Virus record (IMG/VR): IMGVR_UViG_3300045988_158494
Length of the DNA stretch: 36,017 nt
Reading direction: 5' to 3' (one strand)
Source of the DNA: a virus
Shown piece by piece: positions 6,772 through 15,635 of this stretch. Each line of letters starts with the position of its first letter. Position 1 is the first letter of the stretch. The notes under the pieces were generated by a model. The model was not told the DNA's origin and did not search any database. It saw nothing but the letters and a program-made list of their open reading frames with translations. The position numbers were made by a program, and so were the translations under genes.

Positions 6772-7183
6772 AAAATGGCCTGATCGTCGTGGTATCGTCC
6801 AGGGAACAAAAGAACACGGTAAGTATTTCAACGTTCGAACCCGCGTTTTGGGTAGCGCCGAACAGTACTTACGTTATAAAAAGCTACATCGTACCGGACG
6901 ACTTCTTCGCGGGCTCAAGTCTACGTACGGAATGTATGGGAGGAAAGGAATCGTCGCTCTTTACAATAACGTAGAGTACGCGGAGGTCCAAGATACGGGG
7001 AAAGGGCCGATCGGGCGATACAAAGCTACCGTTCGCCCTCCTCTCTCCCAAAACGGTACAGTTGTTCATTTAGGTGTGAAACCCAAAGCGAGACCGTTCA
7101 TGCGTCCGAGTAAGTACGTTTTGAACTCCCCAGCGAGGCTTTTGAAACAAAGAATGAAGTCATACGGATGGCTTAATGCGTAA
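6614..7183 (+). CDS. Neck/virion-morphogenesis protein (HK97 gp10-like or Mu gpG-like)
   Basis: The segment GKKWPDRRG...LHRTGRLLRGL resembles the TG-L motif of gp10/gpG-type head-tail joining proteins. All possible starts (6614, 6629, 6692) lie inside the portal ORF. Confidence 0.5.
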   Translation: MTLQAMKTLKTLVREANDLARYLKKGMLKEVSQTWLWTSQNAFLSETDPSTGKKWPDRRGIVQGTKEHGKYFNVRTRVLGSAEQYLRYKKLHRTGRLLRGLKSTYGMYGRKGIVALYNNVEYAEVQDTGKGPIGRYKATVRPPLSQNGTVVHLGVKPKARPFMRPSKYVLNSPARLLKQRMKSYGWLNA

Positions 7184-7185
7184 AG

Positions 7186-7725
7186 ATGGTAGGATATTTA
7201 GGAGCCGCAGTAGCCGCGGCGTTGAGACAGTGGCCAGCGTTGAAGCAGGCAAACATATTTCCGACCCGGGCAGCGGAAGGCACGACCGTAGTGGTTGATA
7301 CGCCTTTACCTGCTATCGTAATACACGTAATAGGCACAGATGACCCGGAGGATGAAGGGGGAATAGCGTTCGGAGGTGGTATACGTTTCTATTTTAACCT
7401 CTTTATGTACGTTTTACTCCCAGTAACGAACGTATCGTACTCACCGGATGGCGGCAAACAGGCAGACCTGCTTGATATGTCAGAGGAGGTTGTACGTTGT
7501 ATCGAACAGACAGACATTCTCAACGAGGTTAAGCAGCAGCACGATCTCAATTTGCAGTTCGTTAATATGCCAACAGACACAACGTACGGAACGCGTGGGG
7601 CGGAGTCCGTTTTGGTCGACGTGCACAAGGTGAGCTACAAGGGGTCTGTAAGTTTTGATCCGAAAGACAAAAATAAGCTCGAAGCTACGCTCGAAAAAAT
7701 TATAATTAAACACGAGAACTCATGA
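7186..7725 (+). CDS. Neck/tail-completion-like protein (DUF3168-like by eye)
   Basis: 179 aa. The N-terminal pattern ALRQWPALKQANIFP...PLPAIVIHV is typical of tail terminator/completion families. Weak evidence. Confidence 0.45.
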   Translation: MVGYLGAAVAAALRQWPALKQANIFPTRAAEGTTVVVDTPLPAIVIHVIGTDDPEDEGGIAFGGGIRFYFNLFMYVLLPVTNVSYSPDGGKQADLLDMSEEVVRCIEQTDILNEVKQQHDLNLQFVNMPTDTTYGTRGAESVLVDVHKVSYKGSVSFDPKDKNKLEATLEKIIIKHENS

Positions 7726-9851
7726 GGGTATCAAAGAAAAGACAGGTCCTTACCACGGGCGCTGTCGACATGAACCGCAACGTTATACCGCCGGACGCTA
7801 TCGACTGGTCGCGTTTCGACGCTAATCCGTTGCTGCGCTACGACCGAGAGCACGAAGGCCACAAAGGTGTGGCCGTCGGCAAAGTTATCGAACGAGAACG
7901 TATCGGAGACGCGTTCGTTGGGCGTCTCGCTTTTATGGAGAGATTCGAAGACGCGGACATCGCGTTCGAGAAGTACGAGCAGGGGATCCTCCGTTACGTA
8001 TCAATCGGCGGATTCGCTCTCGGGCAGGAGAACGAGGACGGCATTTTCGTCGCAGACACGTACCTCGCTATGGAGGTTTCGCTCGTGGCACAGCCTGCCA
8101 ACATTGAATGCCGACCGATCGAGGACCGTGACGTAGAGTCGGAAGCCGATCGTGAGATCGTGGAAGGTATGCGCAAAGACGGTTGCGAGGTACGTTACCT
8201 TACGATGGGATTCTCCGAGACGGAATACAAACGTATCGAAGCCAGTCTCGAAGAGTCCGATCCGGAGCCGAACAACGATCCGGAGCCGAACAACGACCCG
8301 GAGCCGAACAACGACCCGGAGCCGAACAACGACCCGGAACCGAACAACGACCCGGAACCGAACAACGACCCGGAACCGAACAACGACCCGGAGCCGAACA
8401 ACGACCCGGAACCGAACAACGACCCGGAGCCGAACAACGACCCGGAGCCGAACAACGACCCGGAACCGAGGCCCGTTAATGCGGGTGTCGAGGACGACGA
8501 TGACGACACGCAAAAACACGGACGCCGACTGCCTAACGGCATGACGTGGCACGAACAACAGATTCTTAACCAAACAAAACCAATCAACATGGAAAAGACT
8601 TTCAGAGAGTTGAATTGCGACGCCGATTTTCAGAAGCGTTTGCACCAGCTCGGCGCGGCGTTCCGTACTGGCGCTACGGCCGCAGACAAAACCACGGAGA
8701 ACACCGAAACGGTGCGTATGCTCGCCTGCTCGATGCTGAACGACGAGCGTATGGTAACGCTCGCTTCGGCGGCGAACTTCACCAACGGGGTGACCCACGA
8801 ACGTAAAAACGGACTTCGCGTGCTCGTCGAGTGCGCCGCAGGCGGCGCAGCCGCTGGCACGCTGGCCGCTGCTGACCTCGGTGTCATCAAGTGGCTGTCG
8901 CTTTTCTACGAGAAGCTGCTCCCGAACAACACGTTCATGCGATCCGTACGTTTCGTTCCGATGTCGGACCGCGAGGGTGCCATCTACGTTGAGTCGGGTG
9001 TGAACCCCGCAACGTACGTCGGTTCTGTCACCCCGGTCAACGCTCCCCGCTACTTCTACGAGGACATCAAGCGGACGATCGCCCGGCAGGTGTTCTCCAT
9101 CCAGCCGATGACGTTCCAAAACGCGGAGCTTGCCATCCTTGCGTACGACAAGCAGTCGTGGGGTTGGACGATCGCTATGGATTCGCTCATGGCGAAGGTG
9201 GCTACGTTCATCCTTCAGGTGGCAGCGAACACCACAGGTGTGTCGAAGGTTCTCACCTCGGGTGAAACCGTCTCGTCGCAGGGCCTGTTCCCGATCGAGG
9301 CTCCGAGCTCGAACGTGAACATTAAGAAGCTCGCCCCGACCGACCTCGTGTACCTCGTCGGCCAGTTCCTCATGCAGAACTACGTGCTCGACAATCGCCG
9401 CGTGGAGGTCGTACTCCCGTCGCAGATTTACACGATGGCCGCTGCGAACAAGGACTTCCAAACCGTTCTTACCCGCGGGCTGTCCGGTGCGACTGGCTCC
9501 GGCTTCGAGTGGAACGGCATGAAGATCGGCCAGCGTAACCCCGTTGCACGTTACAACACCACGAGCAACAAGCCCGAGCTCGACCCGGCTATGTACGCCG
9601 ACTACTCCGTAGACGCTGACGGCAAACCCGAGGCCATCGACCCGGCCGTTACCGGCAAGAACACGGTTGGAGCAGGTGTTGCGTTCGTCGAGAACGAGAT
9701 CATCGCAGGTATCGGAACGATCGACGTGATCGTCATGCCGGACCCGACCAACTACGGATACACGTACTCGGGTTGGATGTCGGCAGGCGCAACCGTTGCC
9801 CGCGACGGCGGAAAGGGTGTCGCACTTGTCGTTCCCACTCTCGCCGAGTAA
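7722..9851 (+). CDS. Prohead protease (HK97 S78/U35 type) - repeat linker - major capsid protein, as a single 709-aa ORF
   Basis: The N-terminal protease motifs are YDREHEGHKGVAVGKV, LRYVSIGGFA and LAMEVSLVAQPANIEC. DPEPNN is repeated 11 times (8259-8456). The C-terminal region of about 420 aa has capsid-like size and composition. An in-frame internal ATG lies at 8589. Confidence 0.8.
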   Translation: MRVSKKRQVLTTGAVDMNRNVIPPDAIDWSRFDANPLLRYDREHEGHKGVAVGKVIERERIGDAFVGRLAFMERFEDADIAFEKYEQGILRYVSIGGFALGQENEDGIFVADTYLAMEVSLVAQPANIECRPIEDRDVESEADREIVEGMRKDGCEVRYLTMGFSETEYKRIEASLEESDPEPNNDPEPNNDPEPNNDPEPNNDPEPNNDPEPNNDPEPNNDPEPNNDPEPNNDPEPNNDPEPNNDPEPRPVNAGVEDDDDDTQKHGRRLPNGMTWHEQQILNQTKPINMEKTFRELNCDADFQKRLHQLGAAFRTGATAADKTTENTETVRMLACSMLNDERMVTLASAANFTNGVTHERKNGLRVLVECAAGGAAAGTLAAADLGVIKWLSLFYEKLLPNNTFMRSVRFVPMSDREGAIYVESGVNPATYVGSVTPVNAPRYFYEDIKRTIARQVFSIQPMTFQNAELAILAYDKQSWGWTIAMDSLMAKVATFILQVAANTTGVSKVLTSGETVSSQGLFPIEAPSSNVNIKKLAPTDLVYLVGQFLMQNYVLDNRRVEVVLPSQIYTMAAANKDFQTVLTRGLSGATGSGFEWNGMKIGQRNPVARYNTTSNKPELDPAMYADYSVDADGKPEAIDPAVTGKNTVGAGVAFVENEIIAGIGTIDVIVMPDPTNYGYTYSGWMSAGATVARDGGKGVALVVPTLAE
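8259..8474 (+). repeat. 18-bp tandem repeat GAYCCGGARCCGAACAAC x11 plus a partial 12th unit (encodes DPEPNN)
   Basis: Units were counted directly. All differences between units are synonymous (GAT/GAC, GAG/GAA). Confidence 0.95.
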
Positions 9852-9860
9852 ACTCAAACA

Positions 9861-9894
9861 AGAAGGTATGCCCAGTAACTCGGGTGTACCTTCT
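9861..9894 (+). terminator. Stem-loop just after the capsid stop (AGAAGGTA ... TACCTTCT, 8-bp stem); possible attenuator
   Basis: Exact complementary arms at 9861-9868 and 9887-9894. There is no clear U-tract. Confidence 0.4.
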
Positions 9895-9910
9895 ATAAAA
9901 CGTAGAAACT

Positions 9911-10432
9911 ATGGCAGCACCCAAATTCAACATCAAACAGATCGCGGGCATTGCGACGCAGGTTCGTCGCTACAAGACGCTCCACGTAACGACGGAAGGC
10001 GTCATGTTCCGCACCAAGCGGGCAGCCGAGGAGGCTGTACGTACCCGAAACATGATCTTTGAGGACGCAACGCAGTTTGTGGCCATCAAGGAGATCACCG
10101 AGAGCGACGTAACGAACGAAAAGCTCCGTTCGTACGCGAAGGACCTCGACGCGTTCAACAAGCTCTTCGAGAACGCGTACGTTCCGGTACAGAAGGGAAA
10201 GAAGGCGGCCGAAAAGAAGGACGAGGGCCCCGCACCGATCTCGAAATCCGAGGAGGACGAGATCATGGCCGCGCTCAAAGGGGAGGCCGACGCGCAGCCC
10301 GAAGCCGCAAAGACGGAGGCCGACGCGCAGCCCGAAGCCGCAAAGACGGAGGCCGACGCGCAGCCCGAAGCCGCAAAGACGGAGGCCGACGCGCAGCCCG
10401 CAAAGGAAAACAAAAACCCGTTCAAAAAGTAA
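9911..10432 (+). CDS. Hypothetical 173-aa protein with a C-terminal EADAQPEAAKT repeat (decoration or scaffold-like?)
   Basis: ATG ORF between the capsid and sheath genes, with a charged, low-complexity C-terminus. Confidence 0.6.
   Translation: MAAPKFNIKQIAGIATQVRRYKTLHVTTEGVMFRTKRAAEEAVRTRNMIFEDATQFVAIKEITESDVTNEKLRSYAKDLDAFNKLFENAYVPVQKGKKAAEKKDEGPAPISKSEEDEIMAALKGEADAQPEAAKTEADAQPEAAKTEADAQPEAAKTEADAQPAKENKNPFKK
10282..10400 (+). repeat. 33-bp perfect tandem repeat x3 plus a 20-nt partial unit (GGAGGCCGACGCGCAGCCCGAAGCCGCAAAGAC)
   Basis: Units at 10282-10314, 10315-10347 and 10348-10380 are identical. Confidence 0.95.
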
Positions 10433-10438
10433 ACCAAC

Positions 10439-11632
10439 ATGGCAAGAACTGGCATTTCGATCGTAGTGGCTAACACTACGGTTGGGGACAGTCAACCTGT
10501 AAACTCTAACACGTTGCTTATCGTCGTCGGAGCGACGGCGGCAAGCGGCGGTAGCTTGCAGTTTGAACTGGACACCCCTTATATGATCCAGTCGGCCGAC
10601 GAGCTCGAAACGTTGCTCGGTGTTACGGAGGAGAACAACGCAGACCTCTACAAACAGGTGAACGACTTCTACGCGCCCATGTCGGGTGTTAACAACTCGG
10701 GAACCATTCTGTGGGTAGTAGGTACGGAGTCGCCGAACACGGGCGTTACCGATAAGTTGGCGGATTGGGTACGTGCTACGGTCACGGGCGGCTTCCAGTA
10801 CCGACCGCGTAACATCGTCATTTCGACTGACCCTACCGTCGAAGGTATCGAACAGTCGGACGTGCAGACCGTAATCGACGAGCTCTACGAGGAGGGGTTT
10901 GCGACCGTGTGCTTCTTGGCAGAAGCGCAGCTCCCGGAGGGGGCTATCACCACGATCTACGCGTCGCTCCCCGATCTCTCGTCGGAGAACGCCCCCGCAG
11001 TAGGTACGTGTATCGTAACAAACGCTCTCAAAGGTCGTGCGTGTGTAGGGGCCCTTTCGGGCCTTCACGTGAGTGTGTCACTCGGCACGTCTGTTGGAGA
11101 CGCTGGCCTCCAGTCGTTCGCCGACGCGTTGTGGTATATCGACAAGTCGTCGGACGATTACGTTAACACCCCGTGTGCATCCGTACCGCTCGTCGTGGTA
11201 AATACGCTCGGTGATAAGCAGTATATCTTCGCGCGTACGAGGCCACCGAAAAACGGGTTGTGGTGGAACGACGGAGCGACAGCCGCAGAGGCCACAACCT
11301 CCCTGTCCACGATCGAGGCCTCGGCTGTAATCGCAGCTATGGTCGACGATCTCCGCGAGTTCCTCACCCCGTATATCAACTCGAAGGTGCCGTGCAATGC
11401 TAACGGAGACATCGACCCGACGTACAAACAGGTGGTTATCGACAACGCACGTTCGTCCGTCATCACCCCGTACGTAGAGGATAACGCTATCTCCGACGCT
11501 CGAATCACGATCAACGCTCTGAATAACGACATGATCGGTACTCGTACGTGGAAAGTGGTTCTTAAAGTTCTCGCCGCCCCGACCCTCCGCTGGGTAGACG
11601 GAAAGGTGTTCTACGTAAAATCTCTCGAATAA
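10439..11632 (+). CDS. Tail sheath protein (by synteny and size)
   Basis: 397 aa, immediately upstream of a 159-aa tube-sized ORF, the frameshifted chaperone and the tape measure. Confidence 0.6.
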   Translation: MARTGISIVVANTTVGDSQPVNSNTLLIVVGATAASGGSLQFELDTPYMIQSADELETLLGVTEENNADLYKQVNDFYAPMSGVNNSGTILWVVGTESPNTGVTDKLADWVRATVTGGFQYRPRNIVISTDPTVEGIEQSDVQTVIDELYEEGFATVCFLAEAQLPEGAITTIYASLPDLSSENAPAVGTCIVTNALKGRACVGALSGLHVSVSLGTSVGDAGLQSFADALWYIDKSSDDYVNTPCASVPLVVVNTLGDKQYIFARTRPPKNGLWWNDGATAAEATTSLSTIEASAVIAAMVDDLREFLTPYINSKVPCNANGDIDPTYKQVVIDNARSSVITPYVEDNAISDARITINALNNDMIGTRTWKVVLKVLAAPTLRWVDGKVFYVKSLE

Positions 11633-11635
11633 GGT

Positions 11636-12115
11636 ATGTCACAGAACGTAATCCCCGCAAGAGATTTTTTCCTCTATCTGAATTTCGACGCTATCGGGGT
11701 AGCTTTCCAAGTCGAAACAGGTGCGAATTTCAACGCGAATATCTCCGGTCAGACGGACGATATCGGAGCGTTCTCGACGGATGAGCCCATCGCCACCGAC
11801 AACGGTGGCAATACGTACGATTTGAACTTCTCGTTGCAGGAGGCCGAAGCGCAGCGTATCATGGACGCACTTGCAGCCGCTACGGCGAACAGCGAGAACG
11901 GCTCTATCGTACACATCCGAGACATCGTTGAGTCGGCTACTATCACCGCCGTGTGGAAAAAGCTGCGCGACGTTCCCGCCACCTCCACTATCGAGACGTA
12001 CACACGTTGTACGGGCGTGGAGGAGAGTGACGGGGTAGAACGCCGATCCACCGAGACGCTCAAAAACTGGCGATTCCGCGCCCGCGGCAAGTCACGAGTG
12101 ACGGTTCCGTTGTAG
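11636..12115 (+). CDS. Tail tube protein (by synteny and size)
   Basis: 159 aa, between the sheath-sized ORF and the chaperone. Confidence 0.6.
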   Translation: MSQNVIPARDFFLYLNFDAIGVAFQVETGANFNANISGQTDDIGAFSTDEPIATDNGGNTYDLNFSLQEAEAQRIMDALAAATANSENGSIVHIRDIVESATITAVWKKLRDVPATSTIETYTRCTGVEESDGVERRSTETLKNWRFRARGKSRVTVPL

Positions 12116-12157
12116 TTCGCTACGTTTTTCATCGGGGCATCTATAACAAAGTCCCCA

Positions 12158-12221
12158 CTTCCGGATGCAGGTTTGCAGGCCCATAACGCAGGCTCACGCG
12201 GTTCGACTCCCGTTCCGGAAG
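12158..12221 (+). other. tRNA top-half mimic: 7-8 bp acceptor-like stem plus a T-arm containing GGTTCGACTCC, without D or anticodon arms
   Basis: CTTCCGGA (12158-12165) pairs with TCCGGAAG (12214-12221). The T-arm at 12196-12213 has loop TTCGACT and a 5-bp stem with one bulged C, and abuts the 3' acceptor strand. The 30-nt insert carries three direct GCAGG repeats. Confidence 0.4.
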
Positions 12222-12250
12222 CACATTTGTTCAACCAAAAATCTAAAGCT

Positions 12251-12595
12251 ATGGCAGAGATCAAAACGCGTAAAATTACGCTCAAGAACGTAAAGACCGA
12301 GATCGGATCGAAGGACATTACCGTGGAGGTAGTTCCGTTCAACGAACGAAACGACTCTCACGTAGAGTTCGCCTTCGGTATGTCCGACATGATGGGTCGG
12401 CTTCCGTCACCCTACTCGAACATCAACGATGCAGCACGTGCGTACGTAGAGCTGTTCGTTGTGCACAAAGAGGAGGAGCTTCACAACCCAATCAGCAACG
12501 TATCCCTCGTCCGTGCAGACCTTCGGGCTTCACGATGCCTTCTCAACGACCCTATCTTTCAGAAGGAGCTGCGTGATTTTTTCGAGAACGCCTAA
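12251..12595 (+). CDS. Tail assembly chaperone, zero-frame product (gpG/gpE-like)
   Basis: 114-aa ATG ORF between the tube and tape measure genes. It ends 12 nt after a T TTT TTC slippery heptamer. Confidence 0.75.
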   Translation: MAEIKTRKITLKNVKTEIGSKDITVEVVPFNERNDSHVEFAFGMSDMMGRLPSPYSNINDAARAYVELFVVHKEEELHNPISNVSLVRADLRASRCLLNDPIFQKELRDFFENA

Positions 12596-12906
12596 CGTAT
12601 CCCGACAAGGATATTGAGGGCATAGATAAAGACAAGCAGATCGAGGCGAAACGAATCGTATCGAACTATAAGATCATAGATCGTGTTCAGAAACGTGATC
12701 GTATGTTCATCCGTAGGGTGTTCGTCTCGCACTATCTCAACATCCCGTACCATCTACTCCTTGACAAGGAGCTTTATCCTATAACGTTGATCGAGGAGCT
12801 ATACGCCGCCTCGTCGTTCCTTATGCGGAACTTCGAGTTGGCCCCGTTTGCTACCGACAACTTAGAGGACGCATTGATAAAACGTATAGAAGATGGCAAG
12901 TTATAG
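12251..12906 (+). CDS. Tail assembly chaperone, -1 frameshift fusion product (gpGT/gpE+E'-like); shift at 12577-12583
   Basis: The -1 frame opens exactly at the heptamer, since its last upstream stop is TGA at 12574-12576. It stays open to 12906 and overlaps the tape-measure start. Confidence 0.7.
12577..12583 (+). other. Slippery heptamer T TTT TTC (X XXY YYZ) for -1 programmed ribosomal frameshifting
   Basis: The zero-frame codons are GAT TTT TTC GAG. The codon phase was verified from the ATG at 12251. Confidence 0.7.
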
Positions 12907-14902
12907 CATCGTACTCAACATATCCGGAAACGCTACAACGCGTGCCGAAAAGTTGGCCGCTGCGTTGGCGAGAGCCGACGTTAGCGCGAAGTCCCTTGCC
13001 TTATCGCTCCGTTCGGTAGGTGCGGCTGCGCAAGCCGTTCCGGTAAGGACTATACGTGTATCAAGCGCAGCCCCTCGTGCTACGTCTGTCGCTCCGGGTA
13101 GGGAACCGTCAATGTATACCCGACATCGCTACACGCGTGTCGGATCTTACGGGTACGGTTTCAGTTTTGGAGGGTTCAGCGCACGTCTCTCGTCCATAAT
13201 TCAACCCGACGAAAACGGTCAGTTGTTCGGTATGGACGCCGCGAAGTTGGCTCGAACGGTTAACATTGCGGGCATCGCTACGAACATACTTGCGTCTGTT
13301 GGGAAGGCTCTATTCAAAGCCACTGCGTACACCACTATCGGGTCATACGCCGTAGGCGGAATAGGTACGATGATGATGACGAAGTTCCTCATGTCGGAGG
13401 GTATGGCCGAAGGCGTACGTATCTTGCAGCGTAGGAACCAAGCACGTTTGGGACTCGGTGGCGCCTACCTTCAAGCACAGGGTAACGCGGATGCCCTTGC
13501 ACGAGACTACGGCCTCGACAGGTCCGCAGCCATATCGGCGATTAACGTTCTGTCAGGCATGGGGGTGGCCAGCACCGGGAGCAAGCTGACCGTAAACGAT
13601 GCTACGGCGCTAACTCGTGTCGGAGGTCTTATCTCGCAGCAGGCAGGCGTCTCGTTTGAACGTGTAATGACCAACATACAGCAGTTAATGGTACAGAGCA
13701 ACCCGAATATTCGAGATATTCGAGAGCTCCTTAACCAAGCCCCGATCCTCGGACGATACGCTATCGACGAAATGGAGCGTAAGGGCATAACTGGCGTAGA
13801 CAAAAACACGTACCTCAAGGATCAAAGTAACCTGCTGTCCGTACTTACTCGCTACGACGTGGAGAACGCGTCGAGTCCGATCATGCAGGCTCGGGGTGTT
13901 GTAACGGTTGCACAGCAGGACTTCTACGCGAAACTTGCAGAAAATCCAAGTTGGCTCACCGTAGCAGGTAACGCGGCGGACATACTTAACACGTTTGGTG
14001 ACGCTCTGTCTAAACTAATAACGTCATTAACTTCCGATACGGGGTTCATGAACTCCGTAAACGCATTAACCTACCTGTTTGATTACATATCAAGTAACTC
14101 TGACATAATCGTAGGTATGCTGTCGAAATTCGGGGGCAAACTTTATGACACATTTGGAATAGACATAGGCGATTTGCGGGAGCAGTACGTGGGTAGAACG
14201 CAGAGGCAGCAGACAATACGTGAGGTAGCCAACAGATACATGGAGGATGCCTTTAGTATGTTCGTAGGGAGCGGAGCCGCTCGAAGTAACGACCCGGCTG
14301 TGCAACGTAAAGAATTTGAGACGTTCTTTTTACCTTTGGTAAGTAGATGGTCGAGGGATCCGGAGAAGCTCGGGGCCGTGCGTTTCGACTTCCCCGCTGC
14401 GTACGAGAGTTGGGACTTGTCCGGGGACACGAAGCTGTATAACCTCACACAGAATAGAAACTTACGCTACGGCTTTTTCAACAAACTGTCAGAGGCCGAA
14501 AAGCGTAACTACTTCATGCCTAACGGAGCCGGATCGTATGTAGGGTCGACACCGAATTTTGCTGCGTACCTGTCAAGCGTACCTAACATGATGATGCTCG
14601 AGTGGTATAAAGACGCTTTGAACGACTATATGAAGTCTCCGAAGCTACCAAACTACGGAGGCGCCGGAGGAGCGTCGGGTGGTACAGGGACGGAGGACGA
14701 TTTACGAGGGTTCAGTCGTGACAGACGTTCGCTTGTTATCAACTTCAACGACAAGTTGGTAGAGTGGAACTCGACCATCACAACAGACGATCCGCAGGAA
14801 GTTGTGGACGACGTTTCGCAAAACATTAATACGTTGGTGTCGGCGGCTATTCAAAAAGCTCTGCTCGGCGCTACTAATACAATGAACTCACGTTGGTACT
14901 AA
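12893..14902 (+). CDS. Tape measure protein
   Basis: 669 aa, the longest tail-module ORF. It is Ala/Gly/Ser-rich and helical, and directly follows the frameshifted chaperone. Confidence 0.8.
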   Translation: MASYSIVLNISGNATTRAEKLAAALARADVSAKSLALSLRSVGAAAQAVPVRTIRVSSAAPRATSVAPGREPSMYTRHRYTRVGSYGYGFSFGGFSARLSSIIQPDENGQLFGMDAAKLARTVNIAGIATNILASVGKALFKATAYTTIGSYAVGGIGTMMMTKFLMSEGMAEGVRILQRRNQARLGLGGAYLQAQGNADALARDYGLDRSAAISAINVLSGMGVASTGSKLTVNDATALTRVGGLISQQAGVSFERVMTNIQQLMVQSNPNIRDIRELLNQAPILGRYAIDEMERKGITGVDKNTYLKDQSNLLSVLTRYDVENASSPIMQARGVVTVAQQDFYAKLAENPSWLTVAGNAADILNTFGDALSKLITSLTSDTGFMNSVNALTYLFDYISSNSDIIVGMLSKFGGKLYDTFGIDIGDLREQYVGRTQRQQTIREVANRYMEDAFSMFVGSGAARSNDPAVQRKEFETFFLPLVSRWSRDPEKLGAVRFDFPAAYESWDLSGDTKLYNLTQNRNLRYGFFNKLSEAEKRNYFMPNGAGSYVGSTPNFAAYLSSVPNMMMLEWYKDALNDYMKSPKLPNYGGAGGASGGTGTEDDLRGFSRDRRSLVINFNDKLVEWNSTITTDDPQEVVDDVSQNINTLVSAAIQKALLGATNTMNSRWY

Positions 14903-14903
14903 T

Positions 14904-15635
14904 ATGAGCGCAAGCACCACATATAAAAACGTAACGAGCCCCATCGTTGTTACGCTGGCCGAGGCATGGCTCGGTATAGGTATGCTTCGGCCAGCAAAAA
15001 CCAACGATGACCCGTTGATTAGTAAGCCGGACTGGGCGAAAACACGCAGCGGTGATACTAATAACGTATTTGCCTCGACGGGGGACATAGACAGGTACGA
15101 CTACTCTAAACTATGGTCTCTCCAAATAGGTGACTATTTTATGCCTCTCTCGCAGACGTTTTCACTTCGGGCGAAAAAACGACTCAACGTTTCGTCGCTC
15201 GTAGACGGCGTAGACATCATACAGCAAACACGAAAAGAGGCCAAGACTATCGACTGCACGTTACGACTTACGTTGAGGAACAACCAGCCTAACCTTCAGA
15301 TAATGAAAACCACCGAATCGGGTGAGTTTTCGATAGAAGGGGTGTCCAATGCGGTTGTAGACTCGGTTTCGGCAAAGGTGGTAGAGTTAGCGCAGTTCCT
15401 ACGAGAGTTCTACGATGATGACGCAGTATTGCGCATTCGAAACAAAATGATTAATGAAACTTTTGGCGTAGACTACGTATTTATATCCGAATACAAGTTT
15501 ACCCCAAAGGTAGGTATGGGCACCTTTACGTTTGAGTTCTCGCTAACCGAGGTCAAGTACGGCGAAAATGTACTGACTTTCAATTTACGAGAAATCGACG
15601 CGGACGCTGGAAACCGAACACAAATAGAAGGTTAG
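14904..15635 (+). CDS. Tail/baseplate protein (position of XkdP or DNA-circulation-like proteins)
   Basis: 243-aa ATG ORF, tightly packed after the tape measure. Assigned by synteny only. Confidence 0.5.
   Translation: MSASTTYKNVTSPIVVTLAEAWLGIGMLRPAKTNDDPLISKPDWAKTRSGDTNNVFASTGDIDRYDYSKLWSLQIGDYFMPLSQTFSLRAKKRLNVSSLVDGVDIIQQTRKEAKTIDCTLRLTLRNNQPNLQIMKTTESGEFSIEGVSNAVVDSVSAKVVELAQFLREFYDDDAVLRIRNKMINETFGVDYVFISEYKFTPKVGMGTFTFEFSLTEVKYGENVLTFNLREIDADAGNRTQIEG

Noticed and set aside
8001-9857. Very long antisense ORFs. These are 618 aa at 8001-9857 (-), 391 aa at 9893-11068 (-), 276 aa at 2196-3026 (-), 243 aa at 28883-29614 (+), and 232/234 aa at 34890-35604 (+).
   Set aside because: Each lies exactly opposite a well-supported gene (capsid, sheath, terminase, SSB-like, coiled-coil protein) whose GC3-rich codon choice avoids TTA, CTA and TCA. 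That removes stops from the complementary frame. Their translations are Arg/Val/Gly-rich low-complexity strings with repeat shadows such as RVVVRL, and no independent start context. I treat them as by-products of codon bias, not overlapping genes.
12158-12221. A genuine tRNA gene, suggested by GGTTCGACTCC plus an acceptor-like stem.
   Set aside because: Only 30 nt lie between the acceptor 5' strand and the T-arm. They cannot form D and anticodon arms, the T-stem has a bulge, and there is no CCA. It is reported only as a tRNA-like mimic or remnant.
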